From: Phoronis australis
Lineage: Eukaryota; Animalia; Phoronida
Assembly (NCBI GenBank): GCA_002633005.1
Contig: NMRA01000226.1
Span: 487,004 to 551,003, forward strand
Direction of reading: 5' to 3'
Length of the DNA stretch: 64,000 bases
In this document: piece after piece, positions 47,001-62,000 of the stretch
How positions within the stretch are numbered: the first letter of the stretch is position 1
Layout: every line of letters starts with the position of its first letter
The notes under the pieces: generated by a model
Database searches by the model: none
What the model was told of the DNA's origin: nothing
The model's input: only the letters and a program-made list of their open reading frames with translations
Translations under genes and position numbers: made by a program

Positions 47001-50000
47001 TCGCGAGTTGTCTAAATCAACATTTTCTTGCGATGGAAGGCGGGTTTACAGGCCCTTTAAATTACCCTACCATTTTCGGGTGACAACTTGTCGAATGCAT
47101 CCTCATAGATATAGTTACGCCTGACCATCACGCGGATCCCTGGACCCAAGCCAAAACTGCTCATATCCGACTGATACTCCTCCTTGTCTTTGGATAACAG
47201 TCGCTGGAAGATCTGTTGACAAAAACGATACCCACGTCATCTTCCGTTGGGAGTCTGCTACAGCATCAGATAACACATTTTATGCTAAAGCTACATTTCC
47301 TATTCGTATTTAGAAAAATGGGTTAAGCCATTTTATATTCATATAATTGGTCTAGTAACATTCCTCACCCTGACACCACCTGATTAACTAACTTACCAAC
47401 AAGAACACTGACACCATCAGCAACTTAAGAAAATGCTTAGTAAAAGTTTTTTGGGGGTTGGCCAATCCTAAAATTGTGACTTTAAAATGGCACAGGTACA
47501 CATAGCCTGTAACTTGGATTTTGACGACTCATTCTGCAACAAATCAGGGTCAAATGAATGCGGTAATGTTCAAAGAACCCAAAGCACTTTAGTTTAATTT
47601 AACCTTGACAACTAAACAGTGCCAAAATGCCCCTTTAAAATAACAAAATCATATCAAATTAGTTAGAAACCAAAATGATACACATTAAGAATATGTTTTG
47701 TCATACTGATACTCAGGCGAGCAATCATGGAACTTCATCTGTAGTCTTGCTATCATATTTATAAACATGAAGGATTGTGGAAATGGAACTAATCAACGTC
47801 TGCACATTAAATGGATAAAACAGCAACAAAGCTATCCCACAATACCTCAACACAGAGCAACACTATTTCATAACTCAAAAAATATTATTTTATTATTCCG
47901 CCACATCATTACAAATGACGACATGACTGCAATCACGTCTGCACCAATACAAGCTCTTTTATATCAGCAACAGAAAAATACCTGCTCTCACAATGCTCCA
48001 CAATAACAGGGCATTTTACCTTGACGCGCTCGTAGAAGGACACAACAAATGGCAGGTGTGTGAGGATAGTCAGGTTCCTGGCTTCACTGTTCGACATGGG
48101 TGGACCCTCCTCATCTGGCAACAGAAAATAAATTAAAAAACATTTACAAAAGACACGGATAATGAAAATTTTGTTTTCAAAGAAAGGAATACACCTTGTT
48201 CACACAGTTGTCATGTTTCAAAGAACCTCTTTTTAGGTTTTAACAAATACAATGCATTTCGCGCTTAATCACAGTGCAAAGCGTGTTTTTCGCATGTCTC
48301 GTTAATATTTATGTCTCAAATGTATTTGCTTTTTAAAGTTAAAAAAGAGACTCATTTTCAAAATGGCGACTGCGTGAGTAAGGTCAATGCGCTTACAGGA
48401 AGAATGTGCATTGTAAAGACTATGGTTTTATGTAATTAAGCCAGGTCTACTAGTGTTCTTATAGCAGAGCAGGAAGATGACATATAACAAAATGATACTT
48501 TTTCTTCTGTTCCTTCTTGAAACAGATGCTTTTACTAGCCCAGGGGTTTGTTTCATGAAAAGTGGCAGTGTAAAAATAATTCCAAAAATTATCTCAGTAA
48601 CCATGAATTATGTTTTTATTCTCAAAGACTGCGCATTTTTGCTCAAGTGAGATTTGAGTATTTTTCAGAAATAGTAGCGTGGAGCATGTGACCAAATTTT
48701 TTAATTAAGTCATAAGTTATTTTTCATGCAATAGACCCAAAGCATGAGGCAATGCCTAAAGTCTAATCTGAAAATGTGCTGGTGACTGACTCGGCAACAG
48801 ACCAATGAAAAAAAACATAAAACCTCATTCCAAGTCAAACTCTAAAAAGATTTCTCACCTAAATTTCTTCTGTTCAAAGTACTTAGTTCACCAAATCGTT
48901 TTCTTGAAAGACTCTCTTGATTCTTGTAGATTTGGGCAGACTGAAACAGAGAAAAAAGAAGACTTGCTCATATACGTCATGGGAATGGCTTAAAAAAGGG
49001 CAACAATGTTATATACCCAGTATATTGAAAATTTTGAATTAAAAATTTTCATTACAAAAATACAAATTAATAAAACTGGTCTGATCATATCAAATGCAAA
49101 ACTGACGAAATGGTAAATAAATTCATTTAACCTACTAAGCCACATTTAAGAGAACTTAAAATTGCCAAAATTCTCTCAAAACAGTCATAAAGTCATTAAA
49201 TAAATCAACTGGAGTTTAATATCTGAAGTAAGCTAGTATGTAGAATCATCCAAAAATACAGTTGGCTACATTGCAAAAGTATTCACACAAAATGAATTGC
49301 CCCGTCATGACGGCTGTCAGTGGTGCTGTTCCCTCCTGACCACGAATGAAAGGTAATTAAAGGAGAATGCCACCCAAAAAACAACCTATTTTGTATCGAT
49401 TTAGATCGAGTAGTTCTACTCGATAACAGCAGGTTCGGTTGCGTTACCCGACACCTGATGGCAGACGGAGGTGTTGAAATTATCCAATGACGTAATTGGT
49501 TTCACACGCAGTCTGTTCAGCAGTTCACAACAGGGGTTAGTGGTGTCAGTTTATCGCTTGAATTCATCATATAACACCAATAAATCATCAAACTTCAATG
49601 TAAAACCCTTAAAAAATACACCGAGTTCTTATTAAAACGTGTTGTTTTATTTCGCTGTTACGGATTTACTGTTATTTGGACACAACGTAGCCTACAAAGT
49701 TCGGAAGGCCAATTTACCAAGGTCCGTAGCAGGAGTTTGGGGTCTGTTCGGAGATAAATTCGAAGTATTCTTCCGTGAAATACAGACAGGAGAACGTAGA
49801 TCTGTGTTGTTTAAACACAAAACGCTCGTTATCCCGGCCAGTGGCTCAGAACCCGATCAGGCCTGTCACGGCCGCCGGGACTGGCACGAACATAAACCTG
49901 CTTGAGTTGGAAACTAAACCTCCAGTCACGAAGAGACTATATGATAGTGAGCCAAAGAAATAATGTGCACGTAATTATTTATGTGAATTGGCCTGACGAA

Positions 50001-53000
50001 TGAAAATCTACTTACTTGTCGGGGGCCGCCAAAGTCGGGTTCCCCTTCTACAGACCGTCAGGGCAAAGGTTGTACAGTAACAATGATTTGAATAATGTAT
50101 TCACAACAGCAAACACTGAATTAGCATGCGCTCATACGACCTCGGTGCCCGGTCAGTTACCTTTGTTGCCTGGCATCAAAAGCCGGTAACGCTGTGGTTT
50201 ATTCATTGCTGGCTTCTCAAAACATCTGCACTCACGAGCACTCCAAGGCATTACAAATTGTATCTAATGAGACAGGCTTTGTGTCAGTTTCATATAAGCA
50301 TTGGTTTGGGTCAGTTTAGGATGAGAATAATTCATTTTGAAACCGAACACACAATAATACATGGCAACTGGCCCGGCGCTAATCCCGACTTAGTCAAGAG
50401 TTCATCTGACGAAAACTTCACGGGTCGGATCGTTAGGTTTCACAGCCTATCAGTTCAAACCGGAATACACTGATCAAGAAATACTAGAGAGGCTCCGTGA
50501 ACATGCATAGGCAACGGAACGTATGGATAGTTCTTTGGTAAGCTGGAATTCGTCGGAGAAATCACTGTCGATGAAATGCCGGCCAGACACGGAGATGTTT
50601 CACGGCCTCATACTTGCTATTAACAGCATACCTTTCATTCTTCACTACCGCAAGCCGCTTCCTAAGCATTTCGGGCTCTCGAGGAAGCCGAAAAAAAAGA
50701 TATAACCGCTTTCTTCGCAGCTTCACAGTTCGGACAAGCGGGAACCGGCGATCCACCGCAATATAGCAGCATTCACGCTGCGTCGCTTCTCACTTCCTCA
50801 TGGGTCAACGCGACACCTCTCGGCAAGGTGAGGTCCACTGTATAAGAGGCGATGTGGATATAGACTGATTAAGACGGTAAAAAAGACTAATTAAATCTGG
50901 TGGCATTCTCCTTGGGAAGTAAGGAAGGTAGCTAGGTCATCCTGTAATGGTCATAAAAATTTTGTCCCCATAATGGTCATAATAATTTAGTATGCATAAT
51001 GGTCACAATAATAATGTTGTCCCTATAAAGGTTATATTTTTGGCCGCATAATGGTCACAATAATAATTTTGTTACAATATTGTTCATAATAATTTTGTCC
51101 GGATAGGGCAAAATAATAATTTTGTCCGCATAATGGTCATAATTATTCTGTCCGCATAATGGTCATCAACATAATTCTGTCCTCATAAAGATAATAATTC
51201 TGTTCGCATAATGGTAATCATAATTCTGTCCGCATAATGGTCATACTAATAATTCTGTGCGAATAACAGTCTTAATAATACTTTAGACCACATAATGGTC
51301 ATAATAATTCTGTCCATATAATGGTCATAATTTTGTCTGCATAATGATCATCAACATAATTTTGTCAGCATAATGGTCATCAACATAATTTTGTCCGCAT
51401 AATGATCAACATAATTTGTCCACATAATGCTCATCAACATAAATTTGTCCGCATAATGGTCATCAACATAATTTTGTCCGCATAATGGTCATAAAAATAA
51501 TTTTTTCCGCATAATGATCATCAACATAATTTTGTCCGCGTAATAGTCATAAACATAATTTTGCCCGCATAACGGTCATCAACATAATTTTGTTTGCATA
51601 ATGATCATCAACATAATTTTGTCCGCATAATAGTCATAAACATAATTTTGTTTGCATAATGATCATCACCATAATTTTGTTCGCATAATGATCATCAACA
51701 TAGTTTTGACCGCATAATGATCATCAACGTAGTTTTGTCCGCATAATGGTCATTAACATAATTTTGTCCGCATAATGGTCATAATAATTTTGTCTGCATA
51801 ATGGTCATAATAATTTTGTCTGCATAATGGTCATAATAATGATTTTGTCCGCATAATGGTCATAAAAATGTATTCCGCATAATGATCATAATGATAATTT
51901 TGTCCCCATAATGATCATAATAATTTTGCTATTAATTGAATATACCATCAAGATGAGGAAGCAGTATTTTGTCAGATTACATTGATCTTATATTGCATAT
52001 GCTCTGGAATATCACAACTTTTCAAGCTGGAAGATTTCACCATTCTTTTGCTGTTTCATGATATAAACACAGGACTTCATTGTCATACAACCGACCTGGT
52101 CAGCCATGATAGTCACATGACTAGACAGCCAGTGATCCTGGGGACAAAACTGATGTCTGACATCACGACTGTAGAGCTGTTTCACCAGGTTGGAGGTCAC
52201 CTTCAACAGAAAGTAGTCCATAAGTCATTCTCCAAACACACACACTTACATTAATGATTCCATGAACTATGAAATAACCCATGCTACCTGCAGATTTTCA
52301 TTACTTGAACATTAGCAGGGATTTCCAGAAGTGATTTTGTATGCACAAGCTGTCTCCCTGGGGGCTCTCTTGGAAAAAGTGGTAGGGCACTTCTGGAGAT
52401 GACCGCAGTGATCACCACAGCGCCCTCGTTTAGCAGTAAAGAGAGAGCTTAAGATTGAAAAGTTCAACTTAGTGATCAGGGCTTGGAATGACCAATGGCA
52501 AACAACGCGGAAATTTTTACGACCCGAAACATGCGCGCAGCCAGTCTTGAAAAAGTCGGTGTGGACCTTTTGCCGACAAAAATCGAGAGGACTAAAAAAA
52601 AAACCTACCACCTCCGGAAGCCCGGAAGCGTGCGTCTGCATCTGTCTTAGCTCGCCGCCACTTCCAAACATTTTTGGCTGCAGAGTCGTAGTATTTGTCA
52701 CCGCGGTTTACAATCACACGAGTCGCCATTGAGGAAATCCACCACGCTATCCCAGATGCCCTGGCAATGTTGACAATTTACGTTCCTCCGAAACATAAAG
52801 AGCAACTTACGCTTTTCGAGGTGAAAGTCGTCAGCGGCGGTAAGAANTCCAAACATTTTTGGCTGCAGAGTCGTAGTATTTGTCACCACGGTTTACAATC
52901 ACACGAGTCGCCATTGAGGAAATCCACCACGCTATCCCACATGCCCTGGCAATGTTGACAATTTACGTTCCTCCGAAACATAAAGAGCAACTTACGCTTT

Positions 53001-56000
53001 TCGAGGTGAAAGTCGTCAGCGGCGGTAAGAAAAAAATTTGCAGTGGAAATTTTAAATCAAATCTGATTTTTTTACGCGGAAATATAATAAAATACGCGAA
53101 CAGAACATTTGAAAAAAGCGGAAATCCGCGTTACCTTAAACAGAGATGCCCAGAGAACTTGTCTCTGTTGCAGCTCTCGGGCAGTTATCGCTCCCTTAGT
53201 AACAACGCCACTTGTGAAAGCCTTCTGCAGGTCCTCGTGAAGAACTGGTCGGGTTTCGGGATATGCCAGCTTGATAATGCCAAGGCAGACATCACGGAGG
53301 TAGCGTGATATTAGGATTACCTCGTGCACTGCGAACGGGGTACTGCTGTCTCGAGAAACTATTAGAAGACAATTCACAATACAACTTACTGTGCATCACC
53401 TTAGAAAACACCAACACATTGTACAATTGACTTATCACCAGGATTTTGAGTGACGGATTAACTGACCAATCAGAATGTAGGATTCTTGACACAGGATTTT
53501 TGAAACCAAATGAAGTGTTGTTGATACCGTTGTTTTTCTATCATAACTTGTACATTTTGTTTTGGCTAAAATTTAATAAACAGACATGGTGATGTATAAG
53601 CATGTCCAGGCAATTACTAGTCAAGATCAATCCTGTTCAATAAAAATGTGTCAAAACTATCTGGTCTGATCAGTAGGTAATGGACTGAGGTTTAACATTA
53701 AGAGCCTGCACACACCAAAGTGAGACAGAATAATTTTAAAATACAGAAATGAAATTGAATGGTTACCTGTTTTCGAGTGAAACTCTGCGTCATCTAAAGA
53801 GACGAGAGTGTGACTGTAGAGGGCACTAAACGTGGACATGAGTGGACATATCCTACAGATGTCACTGCTGGACATAGGCAGTCCGTGTGATAACATGATG
53901 AGTAACGAAGATTGGGATCTGGAATCAGCGTAGATACAACAGTAAGGGCCAGTGCAGACAGAGACACAAAAATGCAAAATTAGCTTGGCTCATGACCTAC
54001 ATCAGTTCTGCAACAAATTGACCGTAAGATTTTGCTTCATTAGGCAATGAGGTAAATATTTACTTTACCTGGTATGCATAAATCCTCACAGCATACCAGT
54101 GAGGGGAACTAAGTGCTTAGCCAATAACCTTTGGTAGCCAATGAAAATGATTTATTGCATCATGTCACCAATAAGTTATCTCTCTCGCTAGCTCATTGTA
54201 ATCTTGTGTACTAAATTTACGCTTTTAACTACAAATGTTTAGGTCAGTGAGTGTTTTGTTCGCTGTGAGCAGGAAACCGTATCAAGCTATGAACTGCGTT
54301 ATAATTCATTTGAGGATGACAGCTGAGCTCACAACTGTTCGTGTGCGCTGGCCCTTACTGGCAACTGAAGACAAACTAGTTCAAGTTGCTAATAAGGGAA
54401 GATATACCCATCAAGTACAGTCAAGCAGAGAGCTACTAGAACAGACAGGGTCATTTGAACTGTCAGAATGGGGCTATGATCCGAAAATCCAACTCATTCG
54501 CCATGTACTTGCAGCGAAACATCTTCGTTTATGAAAAAGAAATTGTAAATTCTTTCCCATAATTCATGAATTTTTACCCATAATTCAATATTCCAACCTC
54601 ACCAACTAATCACTTTGGTGACCACCATTTTGCTAGGTTAGGCTAGTAACGTCTTGAGTATAGTGGTGAAACACTCGCCTATCACTTGTGTGAGTTTGTG
54701 CAGTATTATGTGATCTAGCTAGAAACTTGGTTTACACAATGCACCCCTGCTCTGAACTTAAAAGGCCTGCCGCTAGCTTTTGAGATGTACAATTACTGTG
54801 ACGTGAATATTCAGCTGATAATTGTTGTGACATAGTCCTAGTGAGGATCATAAAATTAATGTTGGAAATGACGATGAAATCTTCTGTTTGTTTGGTCTTC
54901 AATTGACCTATCGCCAGGACTTTGAGTGACAACAAAAATGACCAAACAAACATCTTGACACAGCTTTGTTTCCAAGCCGCCATTTTACCCGACAAACAAC
55001 ACGTTGCCGGGTAAAACTTATTGTTAGTTTGTCGATATTTCGCAAGGGGGTGGAGCTTGCAATAGGCCAATTACCTGATATTACTGTGACCATATAGACA
55101 TAACCATGACTATGAATCCAACTCTACATCACTCCTTCAATAACCAACAATACACTGGATGTATTTTATGTTTTGTTGTATAGTGAGATTAGTTCTGGGA
55201 CCATCATCAAGGGATAGAGAGAACTAAAATTTGTAAATACTGACACTTCTTTTTATGTTTCACAAATTGGAAATGCTTTCAATATTAAATTAATGTTCAC
55301 AGAATGTGTATTGTTCATTCGAAAAAACTTTTAACATGGGTGATGCCATTAGTCGAGTACCTTCCGCTTGGTGAAAACATTTACTTGGGGCAGCAACTGT
55401 GGTATAAAGATTGACACTAAAGGGCCTTTCATACTAACGTCGACGCGTCGATGGTTTGGGGAGTTGCGGTCAGTATGAACGCTTAACTCCGGTCCTGGAT
55501 CGCAGTTAAGAGCTCCAGTTAACATCGCAGTTAATAGGTGGATTTAAGACCGCAGCGTCGACGCTGCGGTGCAGTATGAACGCTTAACTCCGGTCCAATC
55601 GAAGTTATCGCCATGCGCCACTGTTATCATCAACAGTTACAGAGTAGTGCCGTCACTAATAACTACTTATTTTTGGGTTTAATGATAACCAATCGATTTA
55701 AAAATGAGTTTTATGTCATTTAGCACATTTAAATGTTCCAAATTGTCACATTGAAAAAAATCTTAGCGTGCAGCGCTACCTTGCGATAACTTCGATGACG
55801 TCAGGGTCACCAACCCTTTACTTCGATGGTCATTAACTACCAAAGCCAGTATGAACGGTCCAGTTAACTGCGCTGTTTACGTCGACGCTCCGCTCAGACC
55901 GGAGTTAAGTCAATATGAAAGGGCCTTTAAATAACCACAGTTTCTTCAGACTGAGGTATTTATACAACACAACAACTTACCCTGTAGCTGATGTTGTCGA

Positions 56001-59000
56001 CACCTGTTGACAGGCGGCCCAAACACTTCTGATAAACTGTGGGTTGAAGGCCAGTGAGTACAGCAACCTGGAACAATGGAAAGACTGGTGTTCATCATGT
56101 CCTGTTACTCAATCCATTTGAGAAACTATCACCCAACACAAACCAAAAGTTAAATGAAAACTTCACAGTGATTTCCATTCCTCGGCACTAACCACATATC
56201 AAGTCCAGAGAACCATCAAAAGAAACATTTGTGTGAGTTGCTTGTCAGAAGATCATTATCAGACCACGTTATGAAGGATTGGGGAATAATAAGTTCAAAC
56301 AAACTTTTGCTTCCTAGTTTAAATGCATGTCATGATTTTTCTCATATTTTTATCGTTAAAACTGTAAAAACATTGAAAACATCAAAAATTAGTTCATCTT
56401 TAGAAAGATGCTATAACTCTTGCAAGTGACAGTCTATCTGTACTGTCATACAATGCTATTGTATTGTCAATAAAGGACAATGAGTATCTAGAGACGGACT
56501 CAAACTTTGACCAAAAATTAGATTGCTGAAACAGCATTAAACAACAAGACATCGATTAGTCTGACTTACCTTTGGCTGTGTATAGAGCATTTCTGATTGG
56601 ACATGATCCAGTCACAGATCCTACAAATGCCAATCAGGTTCTCCATGCTTGGGTCACGGATGCAGCACTTCAAGAAGCCTTTAACGTGATTGGTTGAGTT
56701 CAGAAGGCAGATACTTTCCAGCAGAAGTGAACTGAGTTCGTGGCTTGGCTACAGCAGCAAATAAAATTCAAACTCTAGTCTTCATTTGAAAACTGGTTTG
56801 TTATAACTGATTACAGCAATCACAAAAAATCATCCCCACAAAGCATCACGAAATGTGATGTACTGACACGTACTGACATCTATTGAGCAGTTTTTGTTTG
56901 GATTGTTCTCGTTAGTTTTTAGAAACACATCCGCTAATACCTGAATCACCAATTCTACAGTGAAGGCATTAATTGCATAAACATGCACCCTGTCAATCAA
57001 TTGCGTTTCATAAAATGGATCTAAAGACGACATTGAACGATAACGCCTATAAATTTAGTTCCTAAAATGTGTTAAAAGCATTACCCTGGGTACAGTGAAC
57101 AGTCACACAAATTGTCAAATAAAATGAACGGTTAGACTAATTTCCAGACTTTCATCTATGTCACCACGAGAATGCTCAGTTAATTCAAACAGCAACAACT
57201 ATCATCCGCATAGATTGGCAATAGTCGGATTATTGCTATTCACCGTTTTTTGTTTGGAGTTTGAAAATACCACTTACATCTTGAGAAGCAAATGGCAGAA
57301 AATTTAAACAAGTTTTCACGTGAAGAAAGTGAACTGTCACATTGTGTACAAATAGGAGCATTATTATCAACTGTGTCACTGTTGATTTTATCTTGATTGA
57401 GCTTTAAGTAATACTTACAATCCCTATCTTAAAAACAAATTAAAATAAATTGCATGACAGGTAATGAAGAAAACAGGATATCAACACAATATGGCTAGAT
57501 ATGACCTTGATGAATTCTAAATTTTTATCATCTTTTTCTGCCTTGTCTTGTCCAACCAGTACAAGTCGAAAAAGAATTACATTATCTCATCAACTTCATT
57601 CTCACTTATTTCATGCGACACGTCATTTAAGAATTCAAATAACCTCACCTGTTCGTCTTCAGAGTCTGAATCTGCATCAATATCCATGATGACGTCACTC
57701 TCATTGGTCAGAACTTGGATCCAATCTTGCAAAGCGTTGATATAATGAGACATGAGGTCAAGGCTGATGGCAGTCGTTGATCCTACAGAAGGTGCCAGTT
57801 GTAGTTGTTAATACATGTCAGAGTAAACGTTGTTCACTATTTGACAATGATTTACACTCAGTTGCTTTTTTCTGATTTCCTCCACAGTATTTGTCACCAA
57901 CATTTCGGAACAATAAGAAGTAGAAATTCATGGGTTTCATTAAAAACATGTATCGAGACCAGACAAAATGAGAGAATGCGGAAGCCAATAAAAGCTGCTT
58001 TAAAGTCCAGTAATACTTTTTTATTAAATATGCTGGCTTTCAAGCCCAATAGGAATGGGCCCATAGGTACGAAGACAAATGGTAGAAAAGGTCTACTTAC
58101 AGTTCAAAACTAGAAAGGGGAGAAACAAGGGAACAGAGACGATGAAAAATAAGAGAGAGCAAATGGGAATAGAGATAAAGGCTCATGTCTTCTATCCGAG
58201 TCAATCCTGTTAGGTTTCAAAACTACCATTTTAAAAAATTATTTAACACAATCTTAACGTATTTTAAAGTGTTTTATCAGGCAGCTACCGCATTGAGGAA
58301 TTTAATACGTATTGGGATCATGAACTTAACCAATTTTGATAGTCTTGACAAAGCACTTACCCATAAAAGAATCAGCCAGAGACACAAAAGCATAAAGTAA
58401 CCACGAGGAAGGCTTCAGGTCAATGAATTTGTAAGAGGCTTTGTAATTGGCTGATGACAGCTGCTGTGTGGTGATTGCCTGGAGTAAGTCAGCGAATGGC
58501 AGTGCAGTTTGCTGGTCGATGAGTACAGGTAGGATGAAGTTCTGCACCTGTTCTGTGTATGGACCAGAGAAGAACTCGTAGCAGAGGGAAATGACTGCGT
58601 CACACCTGGAGAATGAAAACTGGTGGTGAATGACTTGTGAAGACTGGCATTTAACAAAACTGGCTCGATGTCAGCTTAAACACTAATGTCCTAACATATA
58701 CACGTACAGGTAAACTTGACTTGATCATATATTTTGTAACACGGGTGTAACTTAGGCCTAGGTAATCTTAAATCTCAATGAGCAAGACCACTGCACCTAC
58801 GCGTATGACAACTTTACTAAAAGTTCAAGCACATATTGTGGGCAATGTGAAGGCGATATTACGTGCCAATAATGTTGACTGGTACGAGAGGCATGATGGT
58901 AATAGCCAATTGGAGTTTAAGAGTCTCTACTTTGTGTTGACACTGGGAAGAGTAAGTCAACACGATTGTCTGTCAGTATCACAATGACTGAAATTATTTG

Positions 59001-62000
59001 CAAATGACCAAAAGCTCAATTATGTGAGATAGCCTCGATGAGCTATTACTCTCAAACCACTGAACTGCAAGGTGTTTAGACTGACATAAAAGCAAATCAA
59101 TTTACTTGGTTCGCTATTGACAACTTCATTCTTGTAAGCACAAAAATGAAATCAGACGAACTTAATCTGTGATACCACAGTTTTGTAGTCATCCACCTGC
59201 GCAGGTACGGTTTTTCACATTAAGTGGGTAATCATTTTCACTAGCTTAGTAATCAGAAACGCTGCCACATTCTAATGTATCCTAAACCGTCTTTATGCAT
59301 ATCTACATGAGTGTTTGTTCTTCAGCATTGTCAACTGTAAAGGCAATCAGACATTTCGATAACGAAGAGGTAGATACAATAATGCCATTTCATAAAATGT
59401 TTTAATTTGATATTGCAAAAGCATTCATGGCTCAGGTAACTGTGGCCTTGATAGACTATAAACCTCATATTTCGTGTACAATGACATAAGAATTGGAACA
59501 CATCTCACGGAACTGCTTCAAATAGGCTAAATAACAGCACCTTATCGCCAGCACCAAAATCACACAAAGTACAGACAGTGGCTATATTACACACCTAAGC
59601 TGTTGACTGTCTGTGCCATCGTTGCTACTAAATGGCTTGACAATAAGCAGGAGAAGGCTGGCAGCCACTGGTGTGGGGGGAGATATCGTCTTCTCAAGAC
59701 TAGAGGGCACCCTAGTGTCAACTAGCACCTTCAAGTAATGGTAATACCCTGTAATGAAATGAGCACATATAGACAAAATGAGCATACACAGAGGGCATGC
59801 TCTGATGCCATGATAATATAAATTGAGACAAAATTATAGCAATTTGCATAAAAGTATCAAATCATCTTATAACATAGTCAGATTGGAAACAAATTCTGAG
59901 CTCTGGAAGGAATAAAATGCTTTTTAAGTTGGAATTTTATTTAGCCGCACAAACTGCCACTTTAAAAAAGTAGTCTAGTTCCATGACCAAACACTAGATG
60001 GAGTTATTAGATGATGCTTAGAGTCTAATGTATCTACATGTTTATTCAATATTAACATGCTGTTTATAATTTTCACCCACTCAACGTCAAAACATGTGTT
60101 TGGACAGAATACTTAAATTGAAGCTCTCCATCGTTTTTAACTGGCTCATTTTAAAAAAGAAAAATCGTAAAATACAGATTGAAATCATACAAACTTGGTA
60201 AACATCTTCTTCCCTCGATGCTCACGCATTCTCACTAACAGTGCAAATTTTATCAAGGCAACAACTTCGTACTTCGCTACTCATGCAATGTAATTTTTTT
60301 CTCATGAAAACATCTTTTGCCAGCATTTTTTCTCCCTGTTATGAAATGCACATAATTCTGATTCATTATACCAAGCATGCGCCTTCTGTCAAAGACTGAA
60401 TAGTACTGTAGATAACAGGAAAATGAGAAATTAAAGAACACTTTTCCTGAGAACACCCTGAAGTTTGTGAGCAACAACGATGCTCTACCAAAAATGACAA
60501 ATCCCGGTGTTAAGACTCAAGAGTGCCAAGGGGATGTCAGCACCCACTTACCATTTAATACCAAATAGTGAAGTATTCTGCAGACGATAGCCTCAGCCGT
60601 CATGCCAGAGCCAACAACTGAATATGTCTCTGGGTCAGTGTATACCTCCAACATTCTCATAGGGATGGCTATGGGTTGACTGACACCATTTTCTGCCAAG
60701 CCTCTGCAGGTAATAAAAAGTGTGGCATCAATTTGAAAACAAAGGCTAATGAAAACAGCAACAGTCACTTAAAAAAGGTCCTGCCTTTTGAGAACCAGTT
60801 TTCCCCATTGAATTATTGGCATCAAAATGATTTTCAAAATTCAGGACCCCTACAAATGACTATTGCCATGAATGCAATCAAGAGAAGACATTTGCAAACA
60901 CTGGCAGCTGCTCATAGCAAACACAGACTTCCAGTGCCATCTGCTGTCATGTTACTATGATATTCGCAGCACCTAGTGTGCTTTTGACCTCATGAAAAAA
61001 ATGTTCATCGCTCAAAAAGAAAACAACAAACAGATGGCTATGACACTCCATTCAATATGCGTAAAACGGTACATGACAGTGTGCTCAACATGCAGCCACT
61101 ATGATTTTTATCTCAGATACAAAACATACACACCAAGTTCTTCAGTGTTGACAAATTGCACATAAGTGCTAACAAAGGATAAACAAAGGCCTCTTTATAG
61201 TTTAGCAATGCGTTATGATACTCTGAATTTCACTGTCAATGCAATTTACAGTTTTTACAATTTATAAATGACCAATCTACATACTGCAAACATAGCAACA
61301 GCAGCCTGCTGATACGGTGGATGGTTTGATCAGGAGCCTTCACCACAGTGGACAATGCTTCATTTCTCTGCTTTATCAATACCTGACACAACCAGAGCTG
61401 TAATTAGAAAACGCAAATCAAAGCTCTTTATCACGATAAAGGGACCTTAAATAGAACACATAAATGTTAAAGCTTACTCAAAGAGGTAAATCGGTGAACT
61501 GCGTGTCAAGAGAATCAAGAGACTATGAAGTTCAATACATTTCTCGGACAAAACAACCAGCTAAACTATATCACACAAAGTCCATTTTGGTCACAACGTG
61601 ACCTGCATGTAGAGCCTGGTACAGAGCAATATTATTTATTATCATAAAAAATTACAAGGAATAACATGATGAACGTAAATATATTCATAGTTAGACTATA
61701 TATAGTTAGACCATAGTCCAATGTTTCGGTTCAGCCTCGAACCATTCTCAGGGTTACAAAGTAAGATGGTTGAAGACTGCATCGAAATGTTGGACTTCAG
61801 AATGTGTTGAAACTACAAATATATTTGTGTTCATTGTTTTATTCCGCATTAAACTTTGGCCAATTAAAATGCAACGTTTGAAAAATGATTTCTTTCAATG
61901 TTGAAAGATTCAACATCTTTAGGGATGATTTGAATAAACTGGATTGCGCTAAAATTGCTTCAGTGAAGGTTTCAATCAGAGAGAAAGAGAGCCAGAACAA

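Noticed and set aside
50944-51928. CRISPR-like array
   Set aside because: Head-to-tail units without unique spacers, no cas genes, and a eukaryotic intron context.
52663-53031. Genuine tandem duplication
   Set aside because: The junction is exactly an N and the copies are near-identical, the same pattern as at N10076, which points to an assembly artefact.
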